Origin: Octopus bimaculoides | Taxonomy: Eukaryota | Reading direction: 5' to 3' | Assembly (NCBI RefSeq): GCF_001194135.2 | Contig: NC_068985.1 | Location: 78,392,666 to 78,456,665, forward strand | DNA: 64,000 nucleotides | Shown: positions 63,174 to 64,000 of the stretch, one piece after another | How the letters are laid out: the number at the start of each line of letters is the position of its first letter | Numbering within the stretch: position 1 is the first letter of the stretch | Made by a program: the position numbers and the translations under genes | The notes under the pieces: generated by a model | The model's input: only the letters and a program-made list of their open reading frames with translations | Database searches by the model: none | What the model was told of the DNA's origin: nothing

Positions 63174-64000
63174 CTGAAAGTGAAATTAAACAACATTGTG
63201 AAATTTTGTACAGTATTGAGGAACTATCGTGCATCGGTAGTACGAAATACGAACCAGAAAGATAAAACACTTTTTCTGGATAATTAAAGATATCATGAGG
63301 TCTTTCAGGAACGATTCACGAAGACAAGTTAGTTAATGTTGCGAATATTTTCCCTAATCTATAAATCAAATTGGTATGTGTTTCTATTCTTTTTATCCGT
63401 CCCTTTTACATACACGTCAAAGGCAATTAGTTGTTACGATATTTTTACTATCTTTATATTTCGCGAAAACACTGACAGCCGAATACGAAGTAGAAATGTA
63501 TAAGTTTTCATTGTCTATTTATGAACTACATATTACTTTGTATATAATTGTATGCATTCATTATTTACTAAATTATAAAAAAAAGGAATAATGAGAAACG
63601 AAGTGGAATGTATTTTCTTCAATTATCTCCTTAAAATAGAGTTTGTTGCAAGTAATTAGCTATAAATTTAGGTATTTATCTTCTGTAGATGATAAATAGT
63701 CAATTGTGTGATGGTAAGATGGCAATGAAGGAATGATAATGTTTTATCAAGGTACGGAGCGTGATTTTAGTCGAGCAGTTACGGGCAGAGATGACAGGGA
63801 ACCGGAATTGTCTGGTTTGTGAATTTGGGTATGAAGTAGATGGTGGAGGTCCAGGATATAGTTACAGTGACGCTGGTGGCATAGGACGGAAACGGGATGG
63901 AAAGATAAGTCCATGCACAGTGGCGGACACGTGTTTCTGGTAGTGGCTGGTGAAATTGTTTAGTATGCTGTAGAACAAAGTCGCCTGATTACGATGGAGC

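Noticed and set aside
63700-64000. Possible further exon of OGFr paralogue 2
   Set aside because: No MMLxFFG-like motif in any minus frame; weak resemblance to a LINE 3' end instead.

Overview
AT-rich, microsatellite-dense eukaryotic scaffold with 7 N-gaps. The SINE, RTE and MITE families look like those of Octopus (coleoid cephalopod); this is an inference from pattern recognition, not a database search. The only host protein-coding content I can support is on the minus strand and belongs to the opioid growth factor receptor (OGFr_N / OGFR-OGFRL1) family. (i) A complete, in-frame 5-coding-exon gene (20790-20682, 18396-18318, 14329-14260, 11682-11540, 6346-6181), all GT-AG, encoding a 188-aa domain-only protein. 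(ii) The last exon of a second, highly diverged paralogue (63173-62963), arranged head-to-tail with the first. Between them are two inverted, diverged copies of a non-repeat module (about 42.34-42.74 kb on +, about 51.04-51.60 kb on -). Each copy has a conserved agcATGGAA|GTAA and a pair of RFX X-box-like motifs; the minus-strand copy may be the missing first coding exon of gene 1. The rest is decayed transposable elements: RTE, two Tx1/L1-like, R4/Dong-like RLE and Penelope GIY-YIG fragments, Tc1/mariner and hAT transposase remnants, many MITEs, and several tRNA-derived SINE families. No CRISPR array, rRNA or bona fide tRNA gene was seen. Most long ORFs in the supplied track are artefacts of gaps and microsatellites.
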